DNA of 64,000 nt from Haliotis rubra (taxonomy: Eukaryota), in the NCBI RefSeq assembly GCF_003918875.1, contig NW_025767646.1, positions 620,001 to 684,000 of the forward strand, given 5' to 3'. A model generated the notes under the pieces. That model was given only the letters and a program-made list of their open reading frames with translations. It had not been told where the DNA came from and made no database searches. Of this stretch, positions 25,862-37,985 are shown one piece after another; the first letter of the stretch is position 1, and each line of letters begins with the position of its first letter. Both the position numbers and the translations under genes were made by a program.

Positions 25862-25975
25862 GGGGCGGTGGGGTAGCTTTGTGGTTCGATCGTCACGTTG
25901 CAGACCCGGTTCGATTATCCACATGGGCACAATGTGTGAAGCCCATTTCTGGTGTCCCCCTCCGTGTTATTGCTA
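25862..25975 (+). mobile_element. SINE family A, 3'-truncated and fused to an inverted family B copy
   Basis: ggggcggtggggtagc...ctggtgtccccctccgtgttattgct. Confidence 0.85.
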
Positions 25976-26170
25976 TAAGGCGTCGGTCTGTAAATAATCG
26001 AGTCTGGACCAGACAATCCAGTGAACAACATCATGAGCATCGATCTCCGCAGTTGGGACACGATGACATGTGTCAACCAAGTCAGCGAGCCTGACCACCC
26101 GATCCCGTTAGTCGCCTCTTACGACAAGCATGGGTTACTGAGGATCAATTCTAACCCGGATCTTCATTGG
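25976..26170 (-). mobile_element. SINE family B lacking its tail
   Basis: cggtctgtaaataatcgagtctgg...ttctaacccggatcttca. Confidence 0.9.
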
Positions 26171-26566
26171 GGCGACTAAATAAGCCGTTCGGCCTGGCTC
26201 AGTGATTTTGTTGGCAGCGTGTCATTGAATCCCCATGGTCACTGTTCACAATAGCAATCACTGGATTGTCTGGTCCTGCTTCGAATATTGGTGACAGCGG
26301 CGGTGAGAATATCTACTGTAAGCTTATCTCGGTAAACTTGATCATACGATGTCTTCAAAACATGTGTTCTTTTACTACAGCGTTATTGTTGACAACTGGT
26401 TACCCACAAATACTTCAGTTGATAGAACGATAAACTAAAAAATATTTATTTATGGCTTCCTACAAAATATTTCAAAGACAGAAATGAAGGAGCAACAATT
26501 AAAGTAAAACCATCGGCCAGAACGAAATATAGATATGTTTGATTACAGCTAGCTTTTCTCAGTCAA

Positions 26567-27203
26567 TGGTCAGTCTAGTGTTCAGAGACTGGCCATGATC
26601 TAGTAGGATATGGTCAGTCTGGTGTTCAGAGACTGGCCATGATCTAGTAAGATATGGTCAGTCTGGTGTTCAGAGACTGGCCATGATCTAGTAGGATATG
26701 GTCAGTCTGGTGTTCAGAGACTGGCCATGATCTAGTAAGATATGGTCAGTCTGGTGTTCAGAGACTGGCCATGATCTAGTAGGATATGGTCAGTCTGGTG
26801 TTCAGAGACTGGCCATGATCTAGTAGGATATGGTCAGTCTGGTGTTCAGAGACTGGCCATGATCTAGTAGGATATGGTCAGTCTGGTGTTCAGAGACTGG
26901 CCATGATCTAGTAGGATATGGTCAGTCTGGTGTTCAGAGACTGGCCATGATCTAGTAGGATATGGTCAGTCTGGTGTTCAGAGACTGGCCATGATCTAGT
27001 AGGATATGGTCAGTCTGGTGTTCAGAGACTGGCCATGATCTAGTAGGATATGGTCAGTCTGGTGTTCAGAGACTGACCATGATCTAGTAGGATATGGTCA
27101 GTCTGGTGTTCAGAGACTGACCATGATCTAGTAGGATATGGTCAGTCTGGTGTTCAGAGACTGACCATGATCTAGTAGGATATGGTCAGTCTGGCGTGCA
27201 GAG
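26567..27203. repeat. 44-bp tandem repeat, 14 full units plus a partial unit, hairpin-forming
   Basis: Unit tggtcagtctggtgttcagagactggccatgatctagtaggata; starts 26567, 26611 ... 27183. Confidence 0.98.
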
Positions 27204-27205
27204 AA

Positions 27206-27438
27206 CTGGGCCCTTATTCTCGAAACGTTCGTAGCCCTAAGAATTCTTAACTCTGATCGTAGCCAATGTGTTAAGAATGGGCTTAAGAAGTTCGCAGGGC
27301 TACGAACGTTTCGAGAATAGCTAGCCAGGGTCCCGATCCACAAAGCATTCGTAGCGCTACGACATTCGTAAGCCCATGATAAACTATAGAGTTACGACAG
27401 GTCGTAACGTTACGAACGTTTCGAGAATAGCTAGCCTG
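27206..27438. mobile_element. Two abutting palindromic CWG-flanked MITEs (PIF/Harbinger-like)
   Basis: tattctcgaaacgttcgtagccct / agggctacgaacgtttcgagaata inverted repeats; ctg-cag-ctg at the three boundaries; same family as 45351-45473. Confidence 0.75.
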
Positions 27439-29010
27439 GTCATCATCTAGTGAGTTAACAGTAGTGCATCGCCTGCCACCGGTGTCTCTAGAAATGTTGT
27501 ATATTCTTATTTGTGGCTGAACAACATATATTTATGAGTTTAAACATTTGAAGAGAAGTACATGTGTTCATGTGTTCTGTCTGTAACAAATCATGTTGAA
27601 AATGTATAAAGAGGATTACGCCCACGACTTGTATGTACATCGTACACTTTCACTATTTGTTTTGATTATATCCCAGCACTATTACCTGACACCTATTCCG
27701 TCAACATACCCAAGTATAGTAAGTGGCCCCACCCGTTTGCCCTTTAAATACATAATGAAATGCTCTTTTATCGTTTCATAACAATTCAGACCAGTCCACT
27801 CGCACTGTACAGGGGTGTAACAGGTGCGCTGTATGTCCAATGGAGAAATGTCCTGTAAACAAAAACGTCTTAATATACATCGCAGTAAGACGCCGAAAAC
27901 ACGTTGTCCACGTGATGCGTCAGCGACCTTCACACATGTGCATACCGTCGCTTATTCATGTTAAATAACGCAAAAGCTCTTTTCAAAGAGAATCGTGACT
28001 GGACCTTAGCCAAGCGAGCCACGCTTTAGAATTTCTTACAAAACGTGGTGACGAAGGTTTATATGGGCTGATTACTAAATGGTTACATAAATGTTTGACA
28101 ACCATGAGTTTTGAAAAGGACACCGACAGTATATCGCCCGAATATTCTGGATACGTTAATGGGGTAGAATGCTCATCGTCTTGTTGTGTCTTGTAAATTG
28201 AACGTTTGTTGGTTCAAAGACTGGGATATCATCTACTGTGAGCGTTTCGTGACTAGCCTGATACGTATATAGACGAGGTCACACATTCACCTTGTATAAA
28301 GGACGAAATGAATCGCGTATTAACACATGGACCTAATCTATGATCGACGTCATTAAAAGTACAGGACCATAGGAAGATAGCCATTAAGATAAATATTAGA
28401 AATAGACATTGCTGGATATCAAAGTAAAAATGTGATTGTTTGTCTACAGACGCCATATTTTTAAAATCCAAACACTTACTGTAACCATTGCAAGTTGTCC
28501 AGTCGGCGGAAATATATGGCATCAGTGTTACGATTACAGAACGGGACTGTTATTTTCTCATATATATGTCCAGCTTCCGTGTAGAATCTGTTGATTTACA
28601 ATTCGATAAAAACATGAAACAATATTTAGGCATGTTTTCATTTGAATATGTGACACATCAAGTCAATTGCGCATTTAGGCGTTTCTTCCTCGACTGGTTT
28701 TGCTATGATGTTGCGAAACGACTGAGTGATTCTGCCTCAACCCAGACATCAGTTAATCTCCATTAAATCGTTCAATAAAACGTAATGTTGCACTGAGAGA
28801 CAATCGGGACACTGGTTCTCAAGCTCTAAAGTACAGTGACCTTCTAAAATACACGTACCTGTAACTGTACATTCTAAATTCACAATTTATAGTTACTGTC
28901 CTTAGATTTGGCTACGATATTTGGGTGTAGCCTACGTTACGTAAGTACACATGTACTTAAATCCACCCATGCTTGCCTCGCGTCTCGAAGTCCGAGATAC
29001 ATCCTGGTAA

Positions 29011-30235
29011 AGAACATTTGGGTGATTATCTGCGATGTTGTGTACATCCGAAAAAAACTTCTCCACTGTGATGGAATATATATACCTGTATACAATGAAC
29101 CTTCATTAGCCCGGACACCTCATTAAGCGATGTTGGGAAGAGGTTAGGTGAGCCGACCTTCCCTTGTGTGTCCAGTTCATGTCGAGTGACCGGCAGGTAC
29201 CATCTTTGTAGCGTCCAAGGGTTCGAACATCCTGATCTCTGGACGGACAATCGGTAATATAGTTTTCTTTATAATGTATGGGAATGTGAACACTGCTGTA
29301 GGTAGGAGTGATTGATCAGGTTTCCGTTTTGTTAGATGTATAGTAATATGTAAAATATCCCACAAAGTTTACAATATTACATATTACATCATAAAAAACA
29401 TTATCAGCAGTTAGTAAGTCCCATTCAACCACAAATATGCGGAAATGTATAAGGTATATGTGGATGGGTGTGGCTCGACCTAGTCAAGGAAACATATATA
29501 AATATCTTAACCTATGACAGACACTCAGTAATATAGTTTTCTTTATAATGTATGGGAGTGTGAACACTGCTGTAGGTAGGAGTCATCGATCAGGTTTCCG
29601 TTTTGTTAGATGTATAGTAATATGTAAAATATCAAACAAAGTTTACAATATTACATATTACATCATAAAAAACATTATCAGCAGTTAGTAAGTAAGTCCC
29701 ATTCAACCACAAATATGCGGAAATGTATAAGGTATATGTGGATGGGTGTGGCTCGACCTAGTCAAGGAAACCTATATAAATATCTTAACCTATGACTTTG
29801 AATTGAGAACCTGTTTTGCGACTTATATTTATATGTACTTATATATAACTTATATCTATATATACACCCTACGTGTTTGGCTCACCCATATGGGCGTAAT
29901 ATGACCTATGTAGGTGTGTGATATAGATATATAGAACAGAACTTCCTTCTCTCAGACCAATATACCTTCCTCCTATCATGTAAACATGCGTGGATAGTAC
30001 ATGTTACACGAAGGCGGAGGGGTTTTCATTAGGATTTATCACGTTTCTGGATGATATTACAGAATGTGCCTAATTATTCACGATTCCAAGTTTTGTACGT
30101 TTGAAGAGAGTTTGAGAACCTAACATTGTCGGTTGAGCACCTTTTGGGGGATTCTAAACATCCACCTTCCATACTTGCCTATTTGAGAAATTACATTCTA
30201 TTACGAGAATATCATATTAGCTTCTATGAGCCATC
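29011..30235. repeat. Unclassified repeat, copy 1, with an internal 274-bp tandem duplication
   Basis: 29011-29500 matches 32012-32520; 30030-30230 matches 32527-32750; 29242-29515 is repeated at 29516-29796. Confidence 0.85.
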
Positions 30236-30852
30236 ATGAGATAATCCAGTATTAGTGAAAATTGTCTGTATAGATGATGACCATTTAAATGATTACAATT
30301 AATAACTGTAACTTTTTAGAGTGAAAAGAAGAATACAGTTTTTGTCAGTTTCGCGAGAAATGTTCTTCATCCAAACGCTGACCGTTGTTTTAACCTAAAC
30401 AAATTTGAAGATACTCTTCATCGTTTGCCATATCGCATTAACAAGGGTGTGCGTTCCTGTAATTTCATGTTTTCTCAGTATTGTAATGTGAAATGTTCTG
30501 TTCCCTTCAACCCCATATTACAACTGCATCAAACAGAAATACACACGTACACAGCCGTGACATGTAGGCCAGTCGACGATGGTCAGGCGACCAAAGTGAC
30601 AAGGAAGGGGAAACATCAAGTAAAGCGTTGTGTTCGTGAGGTTGACCGATTTGGAGTGGGAAGCGTAAAGGTTTGGGAGGGATTTTTTGCCAACGGCCCA
30701 TATCAATTGATTGTCCCACATGGGAATCTTACATCATACAGTATCGGGACCACGTTTTGACCCCAGTCCTGCCGTTCATGCAGCTACATTGTCCTGGGCT
30801 GACGTTTCAACATGACAACGTCACACCCAACACTGCTGTTCTGACACGCCAG

Positions 30853-31076
30853 GGTGCCGTTGTACAAAGCCACCTTAGCGCTAAGACTACCTTAAGTCCA
30901 TGTTAAGGTATGGGAGTAACGTCGGTCACCTTGACTGGACTGGACTGGCCTTGTTAAGGTATGGGAGTTACAGCCACCTTTAAGAACCCGATCGAACACA
31001 TTTAAGGATGAGTCACCTTGCTAAGACTACCTTAAGTCCATGAAGGTATGGGAGAGTCACAGCGCTAAGATGCATC
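30853..31076. mobile_element. CWG MITE inserted in the Tc1 remnant, internally scrambled
   Basis: CAG duplicated at 30850-30852 / 31077-31079; cttagcgctaag palindrome as in 31787-31899; absent from the second Tc1 copy. Confidence 0.7.
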
Positions 31077-31388
31077 CAGGCCTTACGTAACCCCGGTGTT
31101 GATGTCATGGACTGGCCTTCCCGTTCCAGACTTGAACCCGATCGAACACATTTGGGATGAGATGGGGAGATGAACGAGACAGCAGATGAATCTACCCCAA
31201 ACGTTACAAGAACTTTGGCAAGTACTCTTTGCCCAATGGCGACGACTTCCTGTTCGATTGTCCCGACAAGTTTTCATGTCGATGAGGAGACGTTGAGTTG
31301 TCGTCATGGCCGCCCAAGGAGGTCACACTCGTTATGGAACGTTATGCAGTATTTTCCAATAATATGATGCCTCAATCCTCATCTGTGT

Positions 31389-31554
31389 GACGGTGGGGTA
31401 GCCTAGTGGTTAAAGTGTTGGCTCGTCACGCCGAGGACCCAGGTTCGAATCCCCACATGGGTACATTGTGTGAAGCCCATTTCTGGTGTCCCCCGCCGTG
31501 ATGTTGCTGGAATATTGCTAAAACCGGCGTAAAACCAAACTCACTCACTCACTC
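31389..31554 (+). mobile_element. SINE family A, near consensus
   Basis: Full head resembling tRNA-Asp (GTC loop), body and (actc)n tail. Confidence 0.95.
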
Positions 31555-31786
31555 TTTTCATCATCTGGATGGTAGCAGTATGATACACATCTATTTTATA
31601 ATAATGCACACTCTACTTCCATTGTGCATTCAATTTTACTTGTGTTAATTTTTTAATTTGGCTGAGTATATATTTTCTGTAACATTATGTCATCTTGGTA
31701 TGATCTGTATGTTTTACGCATTCATCTGTACGATACAGGAGGCCAAGTAAGCAGATATATGTAAGTAAGTGTTATTGTAAATAAAC

Positions 31787-31899
31787 CAGGGCCTAGATTT
31801 TCGAAGCTCTCTTAGCGCTAAGATAGTCGTAAGTGCCATACATTAACATTAACTTACAACTGTCTTAGCGCTAAGAGAGCTTCGAAAATCTAGGCCTAG
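31787..31899. mobile_element. Palindromic MITE (CWG-flanked, Harbinger-like)
   Basis: ggcctagattttcgaagctctcttagcgctaaga..tcttagcgctaagagagcttcgaaaatctaggcc; inverted twin at 43581-43692. Confidence 0.88.
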
Positions 31900-32011
31900 G
31901 TTGTCAGTGTACAAAGATATCAAGGTGCTCAAGTGATCGTAACTCTCACACCTTGGGAAAACATTACGACAGTCGCAGAGATAAGGGTCCGAGATCCAAC
32001 CTGGTTTAAAT

Positions 32012-32750
32012 TGAACATTTGGGTGATTATCTGCGATGCTGTGTATATCCGAAAAAATATCTCTACTGTGATGGAATATATACCTGCATACAAATACCTT
32101 TCCTTAGTCCGGACACCTCATTAAGCGGTTAATGTTGGGAAGAAGTTAGGTGACCCAACCTTCCCTTGTGTGTCCAGTTCATGTCGAGTGACCGGCAGGT
32201 ACCATCTTTAACGCGTGTTGGTTTGTAGCGTCCAAGGGTTCGAACATCCTGATCTCTGGACAGACACTCAGTAATATAGTTTTCTTTATAATGTATGGGA
32301 GTGTGAACACTGCTGTAGGTAGGAGTCATTGATCAGGTTTCCGTTTTGTTAGATGTATAGTAATATGTAAAATATCCAACAAAGTTTACAATATTAAATA
32401 TTATACATCATAATAAACATTATCAGCAGTTAGTAAGTAAGTCCCATTCAACCACAAATATGCGGAAGTGTATAAGGTGTATATGGAAGGGTGTGGCTCG
32501 ACCTAGTCAAGGACATATATATATCGGTTTCAAAATTTTATCATTTTATGATAATATTACAGAAGTTGTTTACCTAATTGTTTATTATCCCGACTTTTGT
32601 ACGTTTAAAGAGAGTTTGAAAAACTTGTATTGTCGGTTGATCACCTTTAGGGGGATTCTAAAACTCCACCTTCCATTGCTGCCTATTTTTCACCAGAGAG
32701 AAGACATTACATTCAATTGCGAGGAAATCATATTTGCTTGAATGAGCCAT
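32012..32750. repeat. Unclassified repeat, copy 2
   Basis: Colinear with 29011-30235. Confidence 0.85.
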
Positions 32751-32754
32751 ACAT

Positions 32755-33025
32755 AAGATGACGATATATCCGCATAAAACGGGGGTGTGGTCGAAGCAAG
32801 CCCTCAGGTTGTTGATTTTTTTTGTTAAGGAGACATTTACAAATGATGCTTTCTTTTAAGAAGCCATTGCTGGAAAAAATCTTACATTTCTTTCAAGTCA
32901 AGCAGTAGATGAAAGTAAAATTCCCAAGAATTTATAAACATATGTGCAGATTTATCAGCGTTGACCAACCAGAGGGCTTGTTTCGACCACACACCCTTTT
33001 TGTGCGGATATATCGTCAGCTATTT
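32755..33025. mobile_element. MITE with ~55-bp imperfect TIRs
   Basis: tgacgatatatccgca..gggtgtggtcgaagcaagccctc / gagggcttgtttcgaccacac..tgcggatatatcgtca. Confidence 0.8.
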
Positions 33026-33324
33026 GTGTCAAGATCGTTTAGTTGAGAGTCAAAATCGGCTTTTAATCGACTTACAGAAATAACAATAAAGAATTGGTAG
33101 GTGTCATGAGTGATGCTCGATAGGCCAATCATCCATGATTATGTCTACATCAAGTTTTAATCGATTGCATGCAATGGTAGCGTAGCGATCGGTAAAGCAG
33201 TCGGTGGGGTGCACCGAAGTGTCCGGCCTTGTCATGATTGTACTGTGAAGCATTTCGAGTCGGGGGTCATCTCAAAAACAATATTTTTTAAATCTTTAAT
33301 CCTCGCAAAGACACGCGGGCCTGT

Positions 33325-33800
33325 GAGGGAAACGTCATGCAAAGCGTTGTGTTCGTGAGATTGACCGATTTTGAGGGGACAGTGTAAAGGTTTGGGGATA
33401 ATTATGTGCCAACGGTCCATCTCAATTGATTGTACCACCGGATAAATCTTACTGCCATACATTATCGGAACCAAGCTTTGACACCAGTCCTGCCATCCAT
33501 ACAGCTACATGGTCCTGGGCTGACGTTGACAATGTCACGACCAACACTGCTGTTCTGACGCGCAACGTCTAACGTAACGCCGGTGTTAATGTCATGGAGT
33601 AGTCATAACGTTCACGATTTGTACCCGATCGAACACATTTGAGATGAGCTGGAAAGACGAGTGAGACAGCAGATCAATCAACCTCAGAACTTGGGCGAGC
33701 ACTCGTTGACCAATAGGGACTACTTCCTGTCTGTGGGGAGACGCTGAGTTGCCGTCATGGCCACATGACACGCCTTAGGAGGTCACACACGTTATTGACG
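33325..33800 (+). mobile_element. Second Tc1 transposase remnant
   Basis: Colinear with 30610-31335 (aaagcgttgtgttcgtgag..ccgatcgaacacattt..ggaggtcacac). Confidence 0.85.
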
Positions 33801-34077
33801 TTAGTGCACAACCAGTACATTTATACACCTAGGTGGATTTGTGATGTAACGTCATTTGTGTGTATGTATGATGATGATGATGGTGATGATGGTGATGTGT
33901 AATGACGATGATGATGAAGAGGAGCAGCAGCAGGGGGACAAAGAGGGGGGATGCTATGTAAAATGATGTTTTAGTGAAAAACATGACAAAGTCTATGCAT
34001 TTGAAATGATGATACAGTGGACTGCCATCTCTTTGGTATTACACCATCCCACCCCGCCCTTTCACTCTCTAGGTACG

Positions 34078-34320
34078 GACCCGTAAGGATTGGTCTTGAA
34101 CAACCCATGCTTGTGGTAACAGTCGACTTACGGGATCAGGTGGTCAGACTCGCTGACTTGGTCATCGTATCTTAACTGCATCGTATCTGAACTGCGTAGA
34201 TCGATTCTCATGTTGTTGATCACTGGATTGTCTGGTTCAGACCCGATTATTTGCAGAAAGCCGCCATATTACTGGAACATTGTTGAGTGCGGCGATCAAC
34301 CAACCTACAAAACCTACAAA
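34078..34320 (+). mobile_element. SINE family B
   Basis: Head, body and tail; aggtacgg on both flanks. Confidence 0.88.
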
Positions 34321-34966
34321 CATAAGGTACGGCCAGAGATCACACATACCACCTACACATACCATGATGACACGATGTGTCTGTACGTAATCCATTACTC
34401 GGTGACCTGGTTCGGTAGTTTCACACATATTATTAAGTGTGTTTTCGTATCGTAAATATTTTTTTAAGGGGGCGGTGGATAATTGTATATATTATGCAGA
34501 CAATTAACACACACAAAATGAAATAAGGTAAGTTCACAATGAAACTGCGTTGTTATAACGACGGAGTTTACATAGGGCTTATGTATGAACGATCTGTTCA
34601 TGAAATCTTGTTCTGCAACTTCTAGGTTGTATTTATAACATCGACCTCACATACTTATGTACACACTGGCATACCTACTGATATTAGTTCTTGCGAGACA
34701 CGTAAGCACGTGGAGGTTACAAACATTGCTTCGTCTTATCCGCTTAAATCAATTGACAACATCGTGAAATAGATTAATGACAATCTTAGTGTTTGTTTCG
34801 TATGTGCACATGTATGGGACCCAGACAGGCTGTGATGGTGCAGGGTATACGTAGGTAGGTAGGTAGGTAGATAGGTAGGTATTCGATTTATGCTCCTCAT
34901 TCTGGACGACACGGTGTGGATGTACTGAGTTTGGTAGTTTATAGACCATCTGTGATGACATTAAGT

Positions 34967-35133
34967 GAGTGAGTGAGTTTGGTTTTACGCCGCTTTTAGC
35001 AATATTCCAGCAATATCACGGCGGGGGACACCAGAAATGGGCTTCACACATTGTTCCCATGTGGGGAATCGAACCCGGGAATCGAACCCCTTCGACGACC
35101 CAACGCTTTAACCACTAGGCACCTCACCGCCCC
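34967..35133 (-). mobile_element. SINE family A
   Basis: 14-bp TSD tgatgacattaagt (34953-34966 / 35134-35147); B box duplicated. Confidence 0.95.
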
Positions 35134-35534
35134 TGATGACATTAAGTACTGCAGATATGTAATCATTGGTTTCGCCTAAGTAGTACACGTGTACGACCTG
35201 CATCAGTGCCTTCTTTCATCCCACACTAGCAGGCTCTCCATGTTGTAACTGGAATACTGGTGACCCAACTCTCTCACTTTATCATTATTTCGAAATACAC
35301 TTAATTGTGGTTGGCTGATTTATATCAGCAGTGATGAGGTGACTAATACCATCACGTTAATGTAGTGGGGTGTGTACACTTTCTTCATCAAGTTACGTTT
35401 ACAGTTTCTCATGATAATGCCACTTTAAATATCATTCTCCCTGAATGAGGATGAACATTTTCTGTTTTGATATCAGACAACTGAATATATCTTCGAAGAA
35501 TAACACAAGTTCCACTTTTTCTCCTAATCATTTG

Positions 35535-35695
35535 GGGTGGTGGGGTAGCCTAGTTGTTAAGGCATTCGCTTGTCACGCTGAAGATTTGGGTTCGATTCCC
35601 CACATGGGTACCATGTGTGAAGCCCATTTCTGGTGTCCCCCGTCGTGATATTGCTGGAATATTGCTTAAAGCTACGTAAAACTAAACTCACTCTG
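35535..35695 (+). mobile_element. SINE family A
   Basis: 9-bp TSD aatcatttg (35526-35534 / 35696-35704). Confidence 0.92.
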
Positions 35696-35703
35696 AATCA
35701 TTT

Positions 35704-36550
35704 GTTATCCCCCGTCGCGCGTTTAGCGCGAAGCATGGAATATAGTATTAGGCTCCGTCCGTCCGTCCGAATTGGAACATCTTAAGAACCGTTCACTAGA
35801 TTCTTTTCATATTTGGTACCTAGGTTCATCACAGTAAAGAAAGGTCGAAATCAGGTTTGGTGACCTTGCCCTTCATTTCAAGGTCACAAGGGGACTTAAC
35901 GTTTTACCTGCATGTTAAGCTATCTCAAGAACCGTTCACTGGATTGTCTTCATATTCAACACCAAGCTTTATCCAGGGAAGGCGCAGGGCCCAGTCAATT
36001 TTGGTGACCTTCACTTAATTTTCAAGGTCACAGAGACACTTAAAAGATTTCAGCATATTAACATGCATATTATGCTTGTCAGCGAGATACCTCAAGAACC
36101 ATTCACTGGATTTTCTTCATATTTGACACCAAGATTTATCCAGGGAAGGCGCGGGGCCCAGTCGATTTTGGTGACCTTCACTAAATTTTCAAGTTCACGA
36201 CGACACTTTGAAGATTTCAGCTTGTTAACCTGAATTGTCAGCAAGATATTTCAAAAACGGTTCACTGGATTTTCTTCACAGACTTTCAAGACTTCCCTTG
36301 AATGTTTTTCAATAAGCAATTTCTTTAGTACTATTTGTGCATATTTCATACACTATGACATTCATGTCAAGGTCAAAGTCAGTCTTGAAAACATGTGTGT
36401 GTTTGAACAACTAAAGAGCAAGATATCAAGAGAGGTTGACTGGTCATGGTTTTGTTGACATTTAACTTCATCTTAAACTTTCATTACTTTATAAGTTTGA
36501 TTTGATAATTTGCGGCGGGGGATTATGTCACCTTAGTGACAATGCTTGTT
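35704..36550 (+). mobile_element. Helentron-associated non-autonomous element (HINE / DINE-1-like)
   Basis: Subterminal IR atcccccg (35707) / cgggggat (36516), (gtcc)n microsatellite, four internal 143-167-bp units, 3' hairpin tgtcac-ctta-gtgaca, T-rich ends, no TSD. Confidence 0.85.
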
Positions 36551-36651
36551 TTCGTTGTATTTAACATCATGGTATTGTTCATCATTATATTTTTGTCATG
36601 TGTTCAGCAACAATTTATCTATAAGGTGACATTTCCGCTCCAAACATGACT

Positions 36652-36798
36652 GACTGACTGAGTTTGGTTTTACGCCGCTTTTAGCAATATTCCAGCAACA
36701 TCACGGCGGGGGACACCAGAAATGGGCTTCACACATTGTACCCGTGTGGGGATTCGAACCCGGGTCTTCGGCGTGACGAAAACGCTTAAAAAGGCTAA
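36652..36798 (-). mobile_element. SINE family A, 5'-damaged
   Basis: 13-bp TSD tccaaacatgact (36639-36651 / 36799-36811). Confidence 0.93.
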
Positions 36799-37224
36799 TC
36801 CAAACATGACTTTTTATTGTAGTTATTGTTTATTATCGTGATTACATCGATATGTTCGATTATATTTAATGATGTTAATGAAAATAGAAATGTTTGTTTT
36901 GGGTTTTTTGTTTGTTTATTTGTGCTTTTGTTTATAAATTTGCTGTCTACAAGCCATCTTCATATTAAAGTGACATATATTTTTATATTCAAAGTGATGA
37001 TGTTAATGATAATAGAAATGGGTTTTTTTAGTTTGTTTTGTTTTTTAATAGTTTTGCTTTTGTTTTTAAATTCACTGTCTACAAGCCATCGTCAAACCCA
37101 CTACTTACCTGAAGTGTTACGACTTATCCCCATGGTCCCTGGTGTGGTGGCCTAACTTTGGCTAGTGGTGATCTATAGCCCAAATTTAGATTGTATTGTG
37201 GTGAACAGTCCATATAACTTACAT

Positions 37225-37467
37225 ACTGGGTAGAATAGGTGATCTTGCCATAAAAGGCGACTATCTTGTCGTAAGAGGCGACTAACGGGATCGGGTGGTC
37301 AGTTTCGCTGACTTGGTTGACACATGCCATCGGTTCCCAATTGCGCAGATCGATGCTCATGCTGTTGATCACTGGATTGTCTGGTCCAGACTCGATTATT
37401 TACAGACCGCCGCCATATAGCTGGAATATTGCTGAGTGCGGCGTAAAACTAAACTCACTCACTCACT
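37225..37467 (+). mobile_element. SINE family B, subfamily with duplicated AGGCGACTA module
   Basis: cttgccataaaaggcgactatcttgtcgtaagaggcgactaa, then standard body and tail. Confidence 0.92.
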
Positions 37468-37628
37468 TACAGACTAGTTTTAGACCTATATCTGTGATTA
37501 TATAGTTACTTTACTGTCCTTAGTTACCAGGTTTTAGTTTAAAATGTATACAACTTGATCAAGTCACAATATGGCTGAAAAAAATACTCACGACGTGACT
37601 TATAATTGAACTCACTCACTCACTCATA

Positions 37629-37985
37629 CGACCGCCTCCGTGGTGTAGTGGTTAGAGCGTCCGCCCGGAGAGCGGAAGATCGCGGGTTCGATCACCGACC
37701 GCGTCATACCAAAAGACGTTAAAATATGGTACTTGTTGGTCCCTGCCTGGAGCTCGGCATTAATGGTACAACAAGGACTGGTCGGCTCGAAGTCAGTATA
37801 ATGTGTCTGAGTGGGGTATTCATGCTTCACTGCGGCATGGTATCTCAGTGAGCTAGCACTATAAAAGCAGCTTAAGTCTGGGCTAGTACAAGCAGCTGCA
37901 CATACACATACACACGCATGCACGTCGTCATATGAGCGACATATTCTCAAGCACGACGTTCAACCCAATTTCACCTCACCTCATT
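37629..37985 (+). mobile_element. SINE family C, full-length
   Basis: Near-identical to 24003-24353; tcactcatacgac / tcactaatacgac flanks; sits in the (actc)n tail of an older SINE. Confidence 0.93.

Larger units (their letters stand above)
30570..31670 (+). mobile_element. Tc1-family transposase remnant (DD34E region) with probable right end
   Basis: DRFGVGSVKVW..GNLT; FQHDNVTPNTA; VMDWPSRS/PDLNPIEHIWDE; candidate end ..tttggctgagtaTA; interrupted by a MITE and a SINE. Confidence 0.88.

Noticed and set aside
26567-27203. CRISPR-like array of palindromic repeats (also considered for the 22-, 33- and 49-bp arrays)
   Set aside because: Units are contiguous with no unique spacers, there are no cas genes, and the context is eukaryotic.
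31389-31465. tRNA-Asp gene (and other tRNA-like heads)
   Set aside because: No matching acceptor stem or poly-T terminator; continues into a SINE body and tail, and many copies have TSDs.
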